From: an uncultured Chitinophagaceae bacterium
GTDB taxonomy: Bacteria > Bacteroidota > Ignavibacteria > UBA10030 > UBA8401
Assembly: GCA_964384415.1 (NCBI GenBank)
Contig: CAYLMV010000004.1
Span: 6,103-70,102, forward strand
DNA length: 64,000 nt
Direction of reading: 5' to 3'
The notes beneath the pieces are model-generated. The model was not told the origin of the DNA. It saw only the letters and a list, made by a program, of their open reading frames with translations, and made no database searches. Below are positions 1 through 8,717 of this stretch, in pieces (the stretch's first letter is position 1; the number at the start of each line of letters is the position of its first letter). The translations under genes and the position numbers were made by a program.

Positions 1-1
1 T

Positions 2-358
2 TCGGTCAGCGCTATCCTGAAATTCGGGAGCGGACTTCCGTACACGCCTGCGATCGGTTCGGGGTTCGGCTCGCAGATCGAAACGAATTCGGGGACTGCT
101 CCGGCCGGATTGGTTGTCGATGTGCGTGCTGAGAAAGAGTTTGAGCTGGGCGGGCTCGGCATGAGCGCGTTCGTGCGCGTCTTCAACCTCTTCAACACGA
201 CGTATTTCAACGGCTCGGTCTTTCAGACGACCGGCAGTCCCGATTATTCGCTCGCCGCAACCGCCGACAGGGACATGCTTGCCAACCCGTTGCGATATTA
301 CGCCCCGAGAAAAATTGAGATTGGCATTTCGTTGTCTCAACTTGCGTCCGCAATGTAA
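2..358 (+). CDS. 3' end of an outer-membrane beta-barrel protein, TonB-dependent-receptor-like (partial, runs off the left edge)
   Basis: Frame 2 is open from the window edge to the TAA at 356-358. Alternating aromatic/polar strand-like segments (FVRVFNLFNTTYFNG, RYYAPRKIEIGISL) resemble TBDR/OMP barrel C-termini. The next co-oriented gene starts 19 nt downstream. Only about 118 aa are visible. Confidence 0.45.
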   Translation, partial: SVSAILKFGSGLPYTPAIGSGFGSQIETNSGTAPAGLVVDVRAEKEFELGGLGMSAFVRVFNLFNTTYFNGSVFQTTGSPDYSLAATADRDMLANPLRYYAPRKIEIGISLSQLASAM

Positions 359-377
359 CCTAGGGAGAGCTTCTTAT

Positions 378-3300
378 ATGAGAAAATACGGTCTCGTTCT
401 CTTTATTCTCTTCTTCATGTCGCCAAGTCTGCTCCATTCGCAGCTCCTTCCGGTTGTGCCATCGGACCAGCGCGGTACTTCGGACGCGGAGCGTATGGGG
501 ACGCACGATGCCAACAATATTGCGACGAGGTTCTGGAATTACGGCATGGTCGGCGATTTCTATTCCATAGATCCCGCAAATGTCAACCTGGCGGAATTCC
601 ATTCCGTCGAAGTTGGCGGTACAGGAATGAACTACAGCGACGGGATCACGCCGTTTGTCCTCGCGAAAGTCAAGCAGAACTCCGGCTCCACCGCGTACAT
701 CATGGAAACTGGTTACCGGGAAGGGCAGGGTACGAGCGTGGTGTTCAACCGGATTATGCGTTTTGAGCCCCGACCGGGATATTTCCAGAAGGACCCAGGT
801 ATCAACACATTGCGATCTGTTGCCATCAGCAGTGAGCCGAAGACATGGCCGCCCACATGGCCGGACAAGGATGCATCATGGAATGGACGTTGGAACGGGT
901 ATTTCGGAACATCGACCGCGTTTGCGCCGGATCAGGAAAGTTATACCGTTATGGATGATCAGTTTTACGATTCGTGGGATTACACTCCCGATAACAGGGA
1001 TGCAACGCGGCATGGGTTAGGTATGAAGATCGCCGTACGTGGTTTTCAATGGGCTACGCCTCAGGCGGGCGATGTGATCTTTTGGCATTACGATGTGACG
1101 AACGAAAGCACCACCGATTATCCGCAGAGCGGGAGCCCTGAGAACATCATCTTCGGCTTATACATGGACTCCGGCGTAGGCGGCTCGGCGCAAGGCTGCG
1201 ATCCGGTTCCCGAATCGGACGACGACAACGCTTTCTTTAATCGCACAAATTCACTGGGACTGAACCTGGTCTACACGTGGGATACGTACGGCCACGGCGT
1301 CGACCTTGTCAGCAAATGCAGCAGAACAGGATACCTGGGATATGCATACCTCGAGACTCCGGGAAAGTCGTTAGACGGGATCGATAATGACGGCGACGGC
1401 ATTATTGATGAGAGCAGATCCAGCGGTCCGGGTCAGAAAATTGTCGGGCAGCAGAATATCATTGCCTATCTTCAATCACACCCCGAAAAATACAACCTCA
1501 GCGCGTTCGAGGCTTACTACGGCAAGATCACCGACCGGCCGGCGTATAAGGCGGGCGTGTGGTGGACCGGAGATGAGGATATGGACTGGGTTGCCTCTCT
1601 GAATGATTTTGGACAGGACGGCGAACCGAATACTCACGACATCGGTGAAGGCGACGGAATTCCGACCGAGGGAGAACAGAATTTTGACGGCACTGATCTG
1701 CATGAATCCGATCAAATAGGTCTGACGGGTTTCAGAATGTGGAAGATCGGTTCCACGCAGGGACTGCCGACCGACGGCGGGATAACGTTTTATGACAACG
1801 GGAAACAAAATTATCCGCAGCTCTTTTATAATTTCTTCACCAACTCCTCGCCTTTGGCCCGGTTCGATACTGCGGTCGCCAACAATTATAATGTAGGCTT
1901 CCTGTTTGCGTCAGGCCCGTTCACGCTGAAAGCAGGAACACAGGAACGTTTCAGCCTTGCCCTGGCGTTCGGGTGGGACTTGAATGAGTTGATCAACACG
2001 ACAAAAGTAGTGCAGGCGATCTACAACGGAAATTACAAGTTCGCCACTCCGCCTCCCGTACCGACATTGTCTGCCGAAGCAGGCGACGGTTATGTTCAAC
2101 TTCGCTGGGACGATGTGGCGGAGCATTCCACGGATCCCACGACAGGGATCAACGATTTCGAAGGCTACAAGGTTTACCGTTCGACCGACTACCAATTCAA
2201 AGATGTCAACACCGTCATCTCCGCGCGCGGCATATCGCAGACGAGCAATGGAAATCCGATGGCGCAGTTCGACCTGAAGGATGGAATCGACGGGTACTCG
2301 ACCCAAGTGGTCAATGGACTGGCGTTCTATTTGGGGACCGAGACAGGACTCCAACATTCATTCCGCGATACCACAGTGGTTGACGGTCAACAATATTTCT
2401 ACGCAGTTACCTCGTATGATTTCGGCGCCACGATAATTCAGGGACTCTCAGGGGAGGCATTTACATTCTATCCCGCAGAGAATTCAATTTCGGTGTCGCG
2501 GACGCTTCTCGGGGGAATAAGTCTTCCGAAGAACGTCGTCGCTGTTCGCCCGAATCCAAGAGTGCTTGGATATCAACCGGCCGGGACGTCGGCCATCACG
2601 AAAATATCGGGGACCGGAATAGGAACCGTATCGGTGAAGGTGCTCTCCTCATCCCTTGTTCCCGCCGATCATATCATGAAGATTACCTTTAATACCAGTC
2701 CCGACAGCGTGCATCCTCTATCGTACAATTTAATAGACAGCACGGACGGCGATAAGGTAATTTTCAGCACCGGGAACGATTTTGACGCCTTGGGGAATGG
2801 AATCTCGGGCCTGGGAATTCAACCCGTCGTAAAGACCCTGCAAACGTACCAGGTCGACACGGCGCACACGGGTTTTGCTTTTGGAAGCCCGACGAATGCT
2901 CAACTCGATATAGGGTACATGGGAACATGGCCAGTCAACTTCAAGAGAACTGGCTTTCCAAATAGTTTCACTATCACGTTTGCCGATTCGACGATAGATA
3001 CGACGTATTCGGAACATTGGTACGATCCGATTATTCCGGTCAAATTCACCATCATCGCACATACGGAGAACGGAGATAAAAAACTGAAGTTCACGTTCTT
3101 TGACAGCAATAACGATTCAACGCTGAGCTATTCCAGCAATGCTGAGGAAATCGATATCCTCACGGGTGATGATTCGGTCGCTGCAGACCAGCGACTCACG
3201 TGGAGAGTGAGACTCAAGAACGCGACCGCCAGCACAAAGACTCCGGGCAAGGGAGATGTCTATGAATTCAAGACGATTCTTCCTTTCAGCTGGAATGATG

Positions 3301-3671
3301 TTTTCGTCTTCAAATCATCTGCGCTTCTTGTAGATCCGAATTCCGCCAAGCAGCAGTTCAAGCAAGGTCCCTACGTCGTTCCGAACCCGTATGTGGGGGC
3401 TGCCAGCTTTGAGCCGGCCCCGTTCGAAGTGCAGGGACGGGGCGACCGGAGAATGGAGTTTCGGAACCTGCCGAGGAGCTGTGTCATCAGGATCTACACT
3501 GTCCGTGGAGATTTGGTGAGAACATTGACGCACGACGGTTCTGTCGAGGGGTTCGTCGCATGGGATTTGCGGACCAAGGACAATTTGGATGTAGCGCCTG
3601 GATTGTATATCTATCAAGTTGACGGCGGCACCGCGGGCACGAGTATCGGGAAATTTGCAATCATCAAGTAA
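378..3671 (+). CDS. Large secreted protein of unknown function (1,097 aa): signal peptide, acidic Ca-binding-like repeats, Fn3-like domain, FlgD-Ig/T9SS-like C-terminal beta-sandwich
   Basis: I re-picked the start to the ATG at 378, which gives MRKYGLVLFILFFMSPSLLHSQ, a signal peptide. It has DGIDNDGDGIIDE and DFGQDGEPNTHDIGEGDGIPTEGEQNFDGTD acidic repeats and the Fn3-like segment PPVPTLSAEAGDGYVQLRWDD...YKVYRS. The C-terminus VIRIYTVRGDLVRTL...APGLYIYQV...GKFAIIK resembles a T9SS/FlgD-Ig sorting domain. I recognised no catalytic motif. Confidence 0.6.
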   Translation: MRKYGLVLFILFFMSPSLLHSQLLPVVPSDQRGTSDAERMGTHDANNIATRFWNYGMVGDFYSIDPANVNLAEFHSVEVGGTGMNYSDGITPFVLAKVKQNSGSTAYIMETGYREGQGTSVVFNRIMRFEPRPGYFQKDPGINTLRSVAISSEPKTWPPTWPDKDASWNGRWNGYFGTSTAFAPDQESYTVMDDQFYDSWDYTPDNRDATRHGLGMKIAVRGFQWATPQAGDVIFWHYDVTNESTTDYPQSGSPENIIFGLYMDSGVGGSAQGCDPVPESDDDNAFFNRTNSLGLNLVYTWDTYGHGVDLVSKCSRTGYLGYAYLETPGKSLDGIDNDGDGIIDESRSSGPGQKIVGQQNIIAYLQSHPEKYNLSAFEAYYGKITDRPAYKAGVWWTGDEDMDWVASLNDFGQDGEPNTHDIGEGDGIPTEGEQNFDGTDLHESDQIGLTGFRMWKIGSTQGLPTDGGITFYDNGKQNYPQLFYNFFTNSSPLARFDTAVANNYNVGFLFASGPFTLKAGTQERFSLALAFGWDLNELINTTKVVQAIYNGNYKFATPPPVPTLSAEAGDGYVQLRWDDVAEHSTDPTTGINDFEGYKVYRSTDYQFKDVNTVISARGISQTSNGNPMAQFDLKDGIDGYSTQVVNGLAFYLGTETGLQHSFRDTTVVDGQQYFYAVTSYDFGATIIQGLSGEAFTFYPAENSISVSRTLLGGISLPKNVVAVRPNPRVLGYQPAGTSAITKISGTGIGTVSVKVLSSSLVPADHIMKITFNTSPDSVHPLSYNLIDSTDGDKVIFSTGNDFDALGNGISGLGIQPVVKTLQTYQVDTAHTGFAFGSPTNAQLDIGYMGTWPVNFKRTGFPNSFTITFADSTIDTTYSEHWYDPIIPVKFTIIAHTENGDKKLKFTFFDSNNDSTLSYSSNAEEIDILTGDDSVAADQRLTWRVRLKNATASTKTPGKGDVYEFKTILPFSWNDVFVFKSSALLVDPNSAKQQFKQGPYVVPNPYVGAASFEPAPFEVQGRGDRRMEFRNLPRSCVIRIYTVRGDLVRTLTHDGSVEGFVAWDLRTKDNLDVAPGLYIYQVDGGTAGTSIGKFAIIK

Positions 3672-3683
3672 CAGAGGACAACT

Positions 3684-4694
3684 ATGACAAAAGGAATTGC
3701 AGTGTTCTTCGCTCTGCTTGTCCTCGCAGCGACTCAGGCACAAGCACAATCCAAAACAGGCACTACTGTGGGAGCGTTTCTCTCTATCGAACCGAGCGCT
3801 CGCATCGCCGGAATGGGGAATGCAGGGGTGACTAACTACGGCGAACCTGAAGCTGCGTACTATAATCCGGGCAGCGTCGGCTTTCTTCACGGAAATTCGG
3901 CCGAGTTCACGCACAGCCTGTGGCTTGCCGATATCACGTACGACTATGGAGTACTGACATTCGAGGTCGGGAACGCGGGCAATTTCTATGCAACGATGAC
4001 GTCTCTGAATTCGGGCGATATCGACGTGCGGACGGTTGCGCAACCTCTCGGCACGGGCGAACGCTATACTGTTTCGGATGTCGCCGTTGGAGTCGGGTTC
4101 GCGCGCCAGATTTCGGAGCGGTTTTCCGCCGGCTTAGAATTGAACTACATCCAGGAGACCATTTGGCACAGCGCCATGGGCGCGTATTCCATCAGCGTCG
4201 GAACGATCTACAGGATGTCGCCGGATGGGTTTCATCTGGGGGCCAGCATCTCCAACTTCGGGACGCGCGGCAAGTTCGACGGACGAGATTTGCGCGTACT
4301 CTACGACCAGAACATCGCAACGAACGGAGACAACGGAAACCTTCCGGCGGAATTATATACCGACAATTTTCCCTTGCCGATCATGCTCCGCATCGGTGTT
4401 GGATTGCCGATCAAAGTAGGGGAGGAGGACAAAATCACACTCGCGGCCGACGCGTTTCATCCGAGCGATAACACGGAGAGCGTAAGCTTCGGCGGAGAGT
4501 ACCTCTTCCAGAACATCTTTGCCTTGCGCGCAGGCTACCAAAACCTCTTTCTGCAGGATTCCGAAGTCGGTTTGACTCTCGGCGCTGGCATCCAGTACGA
4601 TATGGTGGGGTACAAATTGAACTTCGATTACGGCTGGGCAGATCACGGAAGGCTGAAAGACACACATCGACTCACCGTCGGGCTGTCGTTCTAG
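3684..4694 (+). CDS. PorV/PorQ-family outer-membrane beta-barrel protein (T9SS-associated, FadL-like)
   Basis: Signal peptide MTKGIAVFFALLVLAATQAQAQ. The N-terminal block GTTVGAFLSIEPSARIAGMGNAGVTNYGEPEAAYYNPGSVG matches the PorV/PorQ signature (..FL.IG.gARa.gMGgA..A..dd.sA.YWNPAGL). It ends in a barrel-closing strand (HRLTVGLSF). The gap to the upstream cargo gene is 12 nt. Confidence 0.7.
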   Translation: MTKGIAVFFALLVLAATQAQAQSKTGTTVGAFLSIEPSARIAGMGNAGVTNYGEPEAAYYNPGSVGFLHGNSAEFTHSLWLADITYDYGVLTFEVGNAGNFYATMTSLNSGDIDVRTVAQPLGTGERYTVSDVAVGVGFARQISERFSAGLELNYIQETIWHSAMGAYSISVGTIYRMSPDGFHLGASISNFGTRGKFDGRDLRVLYDQNIATNGDNGNLPAELYTDNFPLPIMLRIGVGLPIKVGEEDKITLAADAFHPSDNTESVSFGGEYLFQNIFALRAGYQNLFLQDSEVGLTLGAGIQYDMVGYKLNFDYGWADHGRLKDTHRLTVGLSF

Positions 4695-4733
4695 TGCTCG
4701 GCACCGATTTCTAAAAGACAAAAAGAGAAACTG

Positions 4734-7133
4734 TTGAAGACTTCGTACGGACATTTTTCAAAGGACGGAAGAGAGTTTGTGATCACGACGCCGCGGACGC
4801 CGCGACCTTGGATCAACGTCATCAGCAACGGTGATTACGGGATCACCGTTTCCCAGACAGGGAGCGGATACAGCTGGCGGACGCATGCTCAGCTCAACCG
4901 TCTCACGCGCTGGGACCAGGACCTTATCAAAGATGAATGGGGGAAATACATCTATCTGCGCGATGAACGGGGCAATGTCTGGTCTGCGGGTTGGAAGCCC
5001 GTGTGTGCGGAACCGGACAAGTATCGATGCAGGCACGGCATCGGATATACCATTATCGAGTCGAGCAATTACGGTATTGAGACTGAACTCCTCGTATTCC
5101 TGCCGGTCGATGAACCGATCGAGATTTGGAAACTGACGCTCCGCAACACTTCAAGAAAAACACGAGTGCTCGATCTCTTCACTTTTTTTGAATGGGCGCT
5201 CGGCCAGTCTCCCGATTGGCACCGGGAGTTTCACAAATCGTTCATCGAGACCGATTTTGATCCGAAGACGCATTCCGTTCTTGCGACGAAGCGCTTGTGG
5301 GAAGTGCCGACGAGCCGGGGACACTGGAACACAGACTGGCCGTATGTGGGGTTCCATTCTGTAGACATGAAGCCCGTTTCCTTCGAAACGGACAAGGAAT
5401 CATTCCTGGGGATGTATGGAAACCAGTCGCACCCAGCAGCCCTTGCGGGGAAACGGCTCAAGCAGATGAAAGGGAACTGGATCGACCATATCGGAAGTCT
5501 CCAGAATCGAGTTACGCTGAGACCAAACGAAGAAAAGACAATCTGCTATACGCTCGGCTGTGCAGGTTCGAAAGAAGAGGCGGCAACGCTTTCCAGAAAA
5601 TACCATTCTGCAGTAAATGTCAATAAGGCGTTCGAAAAAGTCCGCGAAAGATGGGGGACGATTCTGCGTACGGTGGAGATTGACACGCCGGACGAATCGA
5701 TGAACATCATGGAAAACGTCTGGCTGAAATATCAGGCCATCTCCGGGCGAATGTGGGGGAGAAGTGCTTACTATCAAACCGGCGGGGCGTTTGGATTTCG
5801 TGACCAGTTACAGGACAGCCAGCTCTGGCTTGTTATCGATCCGCAGCGTACAAAGGAGCAGCTGAAGCTGCACGCGAGGCATCAGTTCAAAGACGGAACG
5901 GTCTATCACTGGTGGCATCCGCTCTCCGAGATCGGCATGAAGAACCAGATTTCCGATAATCTGCTCTGGCTGCCGTATGTCATGAATGCGTATCTCCAGG
6001 AAACAAAGAATTTTTCCGTATTGGACGAGCGTGAACCCTTCGTCGATTTTCAAGAGCCGGCGACGATGTACGATCATTGCGTCCGAGCCATCGACAAAGC
6101 CCTGGAGCGGTTTAGCGTGCGGGGACTCCCTCTTATCGGGGCCGGAGATTGGAACGACGGTCTGAGTGCCGTCGGCCTCGAAATGAAAGGTGAATCAGTG
6201 TGGCTGGGACATTTTCTTCACAGAATCCTGCGTGACTTTGCGGTCATCGGAGAGACCGTCAAGGACAATCAGCGGGCAGAAAATTACAGAACCCGGGCGC
6301 AGAAGTTAAGAGATGTTCTTAATGCGGAGGGATGGGACGGTGAATATTACTTCGGCGCTACGAAGGACTCGGGAGAAAAAATCGGAAGCAGGGAGAATGC
6401 TGAAGGTTCTGTCTGGCTCAACCCTCAAACATGGGCAATCATCGGCGGCGTTGCAGATGATGAGCGGGCCCGCCAGGTGATGGATGTTGTTGAGAAGAAG
6501 TTGGAGAAGAAGATCGGCCCCCTGCTCCTCTCGCCCGCCTACACGAAGAGCGATTCAGAGATTGGCTATTTGACCCGCTACAGTCCGGGCATGAGGGAGA
6601 ACGGCGGCGTGTACACTCATGCGTCCACCTGGGCAGTCATCGCTGAGGCGATGCTGGGAAGAGGGGATGCGGCGTTTCGGATCTACTCGAAGCTGAATCC
6701 CATCAACCGGGGCAAGGAACCAAATACGTACGTCGCCGAGCCGTATGTGACGTCCGGAAATATCGAAGGGCCGGATTCAAAATTCTTCGGACGCGGCGGC
6801 TGGACCTGGTACTCCGGCTCCGCCACGTGGCTGTTCAAAGTCGGGTTAGAATGGATTCTGGGCGTCCGTCCCACAGTTGAAGGACTTCTTATCGATCCGT
6901 GCATTCCGAAGAAGTGGAGCACCTATACCGTCCGGCGAATGTTTCGCGGCGCAGAATACAACATCGAAGTGAGAAATCCCGGCCATGTCAACTGCGGCGT
7001 TCTGGAGATCTGGGTCGACGGAGAACAGCATTGCATGACGAAGGGGCCGCGGGAAAAAGTGATTCCCCAATTTGATGCTGGGACAAAACATGCGGTTCTC
7101 GCGGTGCTCGGCAAGGCAGAAGGAAACTCCTGA
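4734..7133 (+). CDS. GH94 glycoside phosphorylase (cellobiose/chitobiose/beta-gluco-oligosaccharide phosphorylase family), cytoplasmic
   Basis: The N-terminus MKTSYGHFSKDGREFVITTPRTPRPWINVIS parallels GH94 disaccharide-phosphorylase N-termini. It has the motifs GGAFGFRDQLQD, GAGDWNDGLS (catalytic Asp region) and ENGGVYTHA. There is no signal peptide. The start is a TTG at 4734. Substrate specificity cannot be read from the sequence. Confidence 0.8.
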   Translation: MKTSYGHFSKDGREFVITTPRTPRPWINVISNGDYGITVSQTGSGYSWRTHAQLNRLTRWDQDLIKDEWGKYIYLRDERGNVWSAGWKPVCAEPDKYRCRHGIGYTIIESSNYGIETELLVFLPVDEPIEIWKLTLRNTSRKTRVLDLFTFFEWALGQSPDWHREFHKSFIETDFDPKTHSVLATKRLWEVPTSRGHWNTDWPYVGFHSVDMKPVSFETDKESFLGMYGNQSHPAALAGKRLKQMKGNWIDHIGSLQNRVTLRPNEEKTICYTLGCAGSKEEAATLSRKYHSAVNVNKAFEKVRERWGTILRTVEIDTPDESMNIMENVWLKYQAISGRMWGRSAYYQTGGAFGFRDQLQDSQLWLVIDPQRTKEQLKLHARHQFKDGTVYHWWHPLSEIGMKNQISDNLLWLPYVMNAYLQETKNFSVLDEREPFVDFQEPATMYDHCVRAIDKALERFSVRGLPLIGAGDWNDGLSAVGLEMKGESVWLGHFLHRILRDFAVIGETVKDNQRAENYRTRAQKLRDVLNAEGWDGEYYFGATKDSGEKIGSRENAEGSVWLNPQTWAIIGGVADDERARQVMDVVEKKLEKKIGPLLLSPAYTKSDSEIGYLTRYSPGMRENGGVYTHASTWAVIAEAMLGRGDAAFRIYSKLNPINRGKEPNTYVAEPYVTSGNIEGPDSKFFGRGGWTWYSGSATWLFKVGLEWILGVRPTVEGLLIDPCIPKKWSTYTVRRMFRGAEYNIEVRNPGHVNCGVLEIWVDGEQHCMTKGPREKVIPQFDAGTKHAVLAVLGKAEGNS

Positions 7134-8717
7134 ATGAAAAAGTTCTTGAGATCGCTTACGGTTTTTGCTTTGTGCGCATTGGCAACCGGAGCGTCGGCGC
7201 AGACCACCGATGCTCTGCTGGATTCCATCCAGCATGGAGCTTTCAATTTTTTCTGGAAGGAGGCAAATCCCGCCAACGGTCTGATCAAAGACCGCAGCGC
7301 GCAGAATGCTCCGTGCAGTATCGCCTCTCTCGGTTTTGGACTGAGCGCGATCTGCATCGGAGTTGATCACGGGTGGGTGAGTCGGGAAGCTGCACGCGAC
7401 CGGGTGCTCACAGCGCTTACCACGCTCTGGCTTTCTCCGCAAGGAGGCGGAGAAAACGGGTATGCCGGCGAGTTTGGATTGTTTTATCACATGCTTGATA
7501 TGAGTACAGCAACCCGCACATGGAACAGTGAACTCTCGACGATCGACACGGCGCTCCTTCTCGCGGGGATCATCGATGCGCGTCAGTATTTTGACGGCAC
7601 CGATTCGCTGGAGACTCGCGTGCGCAGCCTTGCCGATTCGATCTACTACCGGATGGATTGGAACCTCATGCGAAACTACAATCCCGGTATTCTCATGGCA
7701 TGGCAGCCGACGACCGGGTTTGCAGGATATGGGCAATGGGTTGGATATTGCGAAGCCTCCATCATGTACCTTCTGGCGCTCGGTTCGCCGACGCATCCGA
7801 TAGATTACGACGGCTGGCTGACGTGGACACACGGCTATTCGTATGCGACAGAGTACGGGCAATCATATGTTGTATTTCCGCCGCTCTTTGGCCACCAGTA
7901 TTCCCAGTGCTGGATCGACTATCGGAATATTGCCGACGACTACATGCGGGACCATGGGCTGACCTATTTTGAGAATTCCCGCCGGGCAACCTTGGCCCAG
8001 CGCTCCTATTCCATCGCGAACCCCGGCCATCACGCCGGGTACAGCGATTCTCTCTGGGGAATCACCGCAAGCGATGCTCCGGGCGGCTACAGTGCGCGCG
8101 GCGCTCCCCCCGCTCAGGATGATGATGGGACCATTGCACCGACAGCGCCCATAGGCTCCATCGCCTTCGCACCGGAAGTCGTGATCCCGGTGATACATAA
8201 GATGTGGGATACATATCATGATCAACTCTGGACAACCTACGGGTTCCGCGACGCGTTCAACCTCGATCAGAACTGGTGGGATACCGACGTCATCGGCATC
8301 GATGAAGGTCCGATGATCATCATGATAGAGAACTACCGGACGCAGAAGGTCTGGAACAGATTCATGCAGAATCCCGACGTTCAACGCGGATTGGCAAATG
8401 CCAGATTCACTTCGGTGACGGCAGTTCCTCTTTCTATGACATCGCCGAAGGAATTTGCCCTCCTTCAAAACTACCCAAACCCGTTTAATCCGACGACACA
8501 GATACGCTACGAGCTGCAGGAACGATCGCACGTTCTCGTAAGAGTTTTCAATATTCTTGGCCAGCAGATAGCATTGCTTGCGGATGAAATGCAGGAACCC
8601 GGAATTCATCGGTACATCTTCCCCGGCCGCGATCAAAATCTGCCGAGCGGTGTCTATGTATACTCGGTGGCTGCAGGCGGAAAAGTGGCGACAAAAAAAA
8701 TGGTGTTGATCAAATGA
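7134..8717 (+). CDS. GH144-like endo-beta-1,2-glucanase ('glucoamylase family protein') with T9SS type-A C-terminal sorting domain
   Basis: Signal peptide MKKFLRSLTVFALCALATGASAQ. It has the blocks FFWKEANPANGLIKDRS, ELSTIDTALLLAG, LALGSPTHP, FGHQYSQCWIDYR, YFENSRRAT, DDDGTIAPTAP and GIDEGPMIIMIENYR. The C-terminus is LLQNYPNPFNPTTQIRYEL...VYVYSV...KKMVLIK. The start abuts the GH94 stop (TGA ATG). Confidence 0.75.
   Translation: MKKFLRSLTVFALCALATGASAQTTDALLDSIQHGAFNFFWKEANPANGLIKDRSAQNAPCSIASLGFGLSAICIGVDHGWVSREAARDRVLTALTTLWLSPQGGGENGYAGEFGLFYHMLDMSTATRTWNSELSTIDTALLLAGIIDARQYFDGTDSLETRVRSLADSIYYRMDWNLMRNYNPGILMAWQPTTGFAGYGQWVGYCEASIMYLLALGSPTHPIDYDGWLTWTHGYSYATEYGQSYVVFPPLFGHQYSQCWIDYRNIADDYMRDHGLTYFENSRRATLAQRSYSIANPGHHAGYSDSLWGITASDAPGGYSARGAPPAQDDDGTIAPTAPIGSIAFAPEVVIPVIHKMWDTYHDQLWTTYGFRDAFNLDQNWWDTDVIGIDEGPMIIMIENYRTQKVWNRFMQNPDVQRGLANARFTSVTAVPLSMTSPKEFALLQNYPNPFNPTTQIRYELQERSHVLVRVFNILGQQIALLADEMQEPGIHRYIFPGRDQNLPSGVYVYSVAAGGKVATKKMVLIK

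Noticed and set aside
6846-7862. A 338-aa minus-strand ORF overlapping the GH94 3' end and the GH144 5' end. Similar antisense ORFs lie at 7863-8636, 8792-9487, 18096-18791, 21579-22541, 34771-35604, 45545-46312, 52818-53633 and 53871-54629.
   Set aside because: All are antisense to genes with strong family signatures. Their translations are low-complexity and Arg-rich, with no motifs and no plausible start context.
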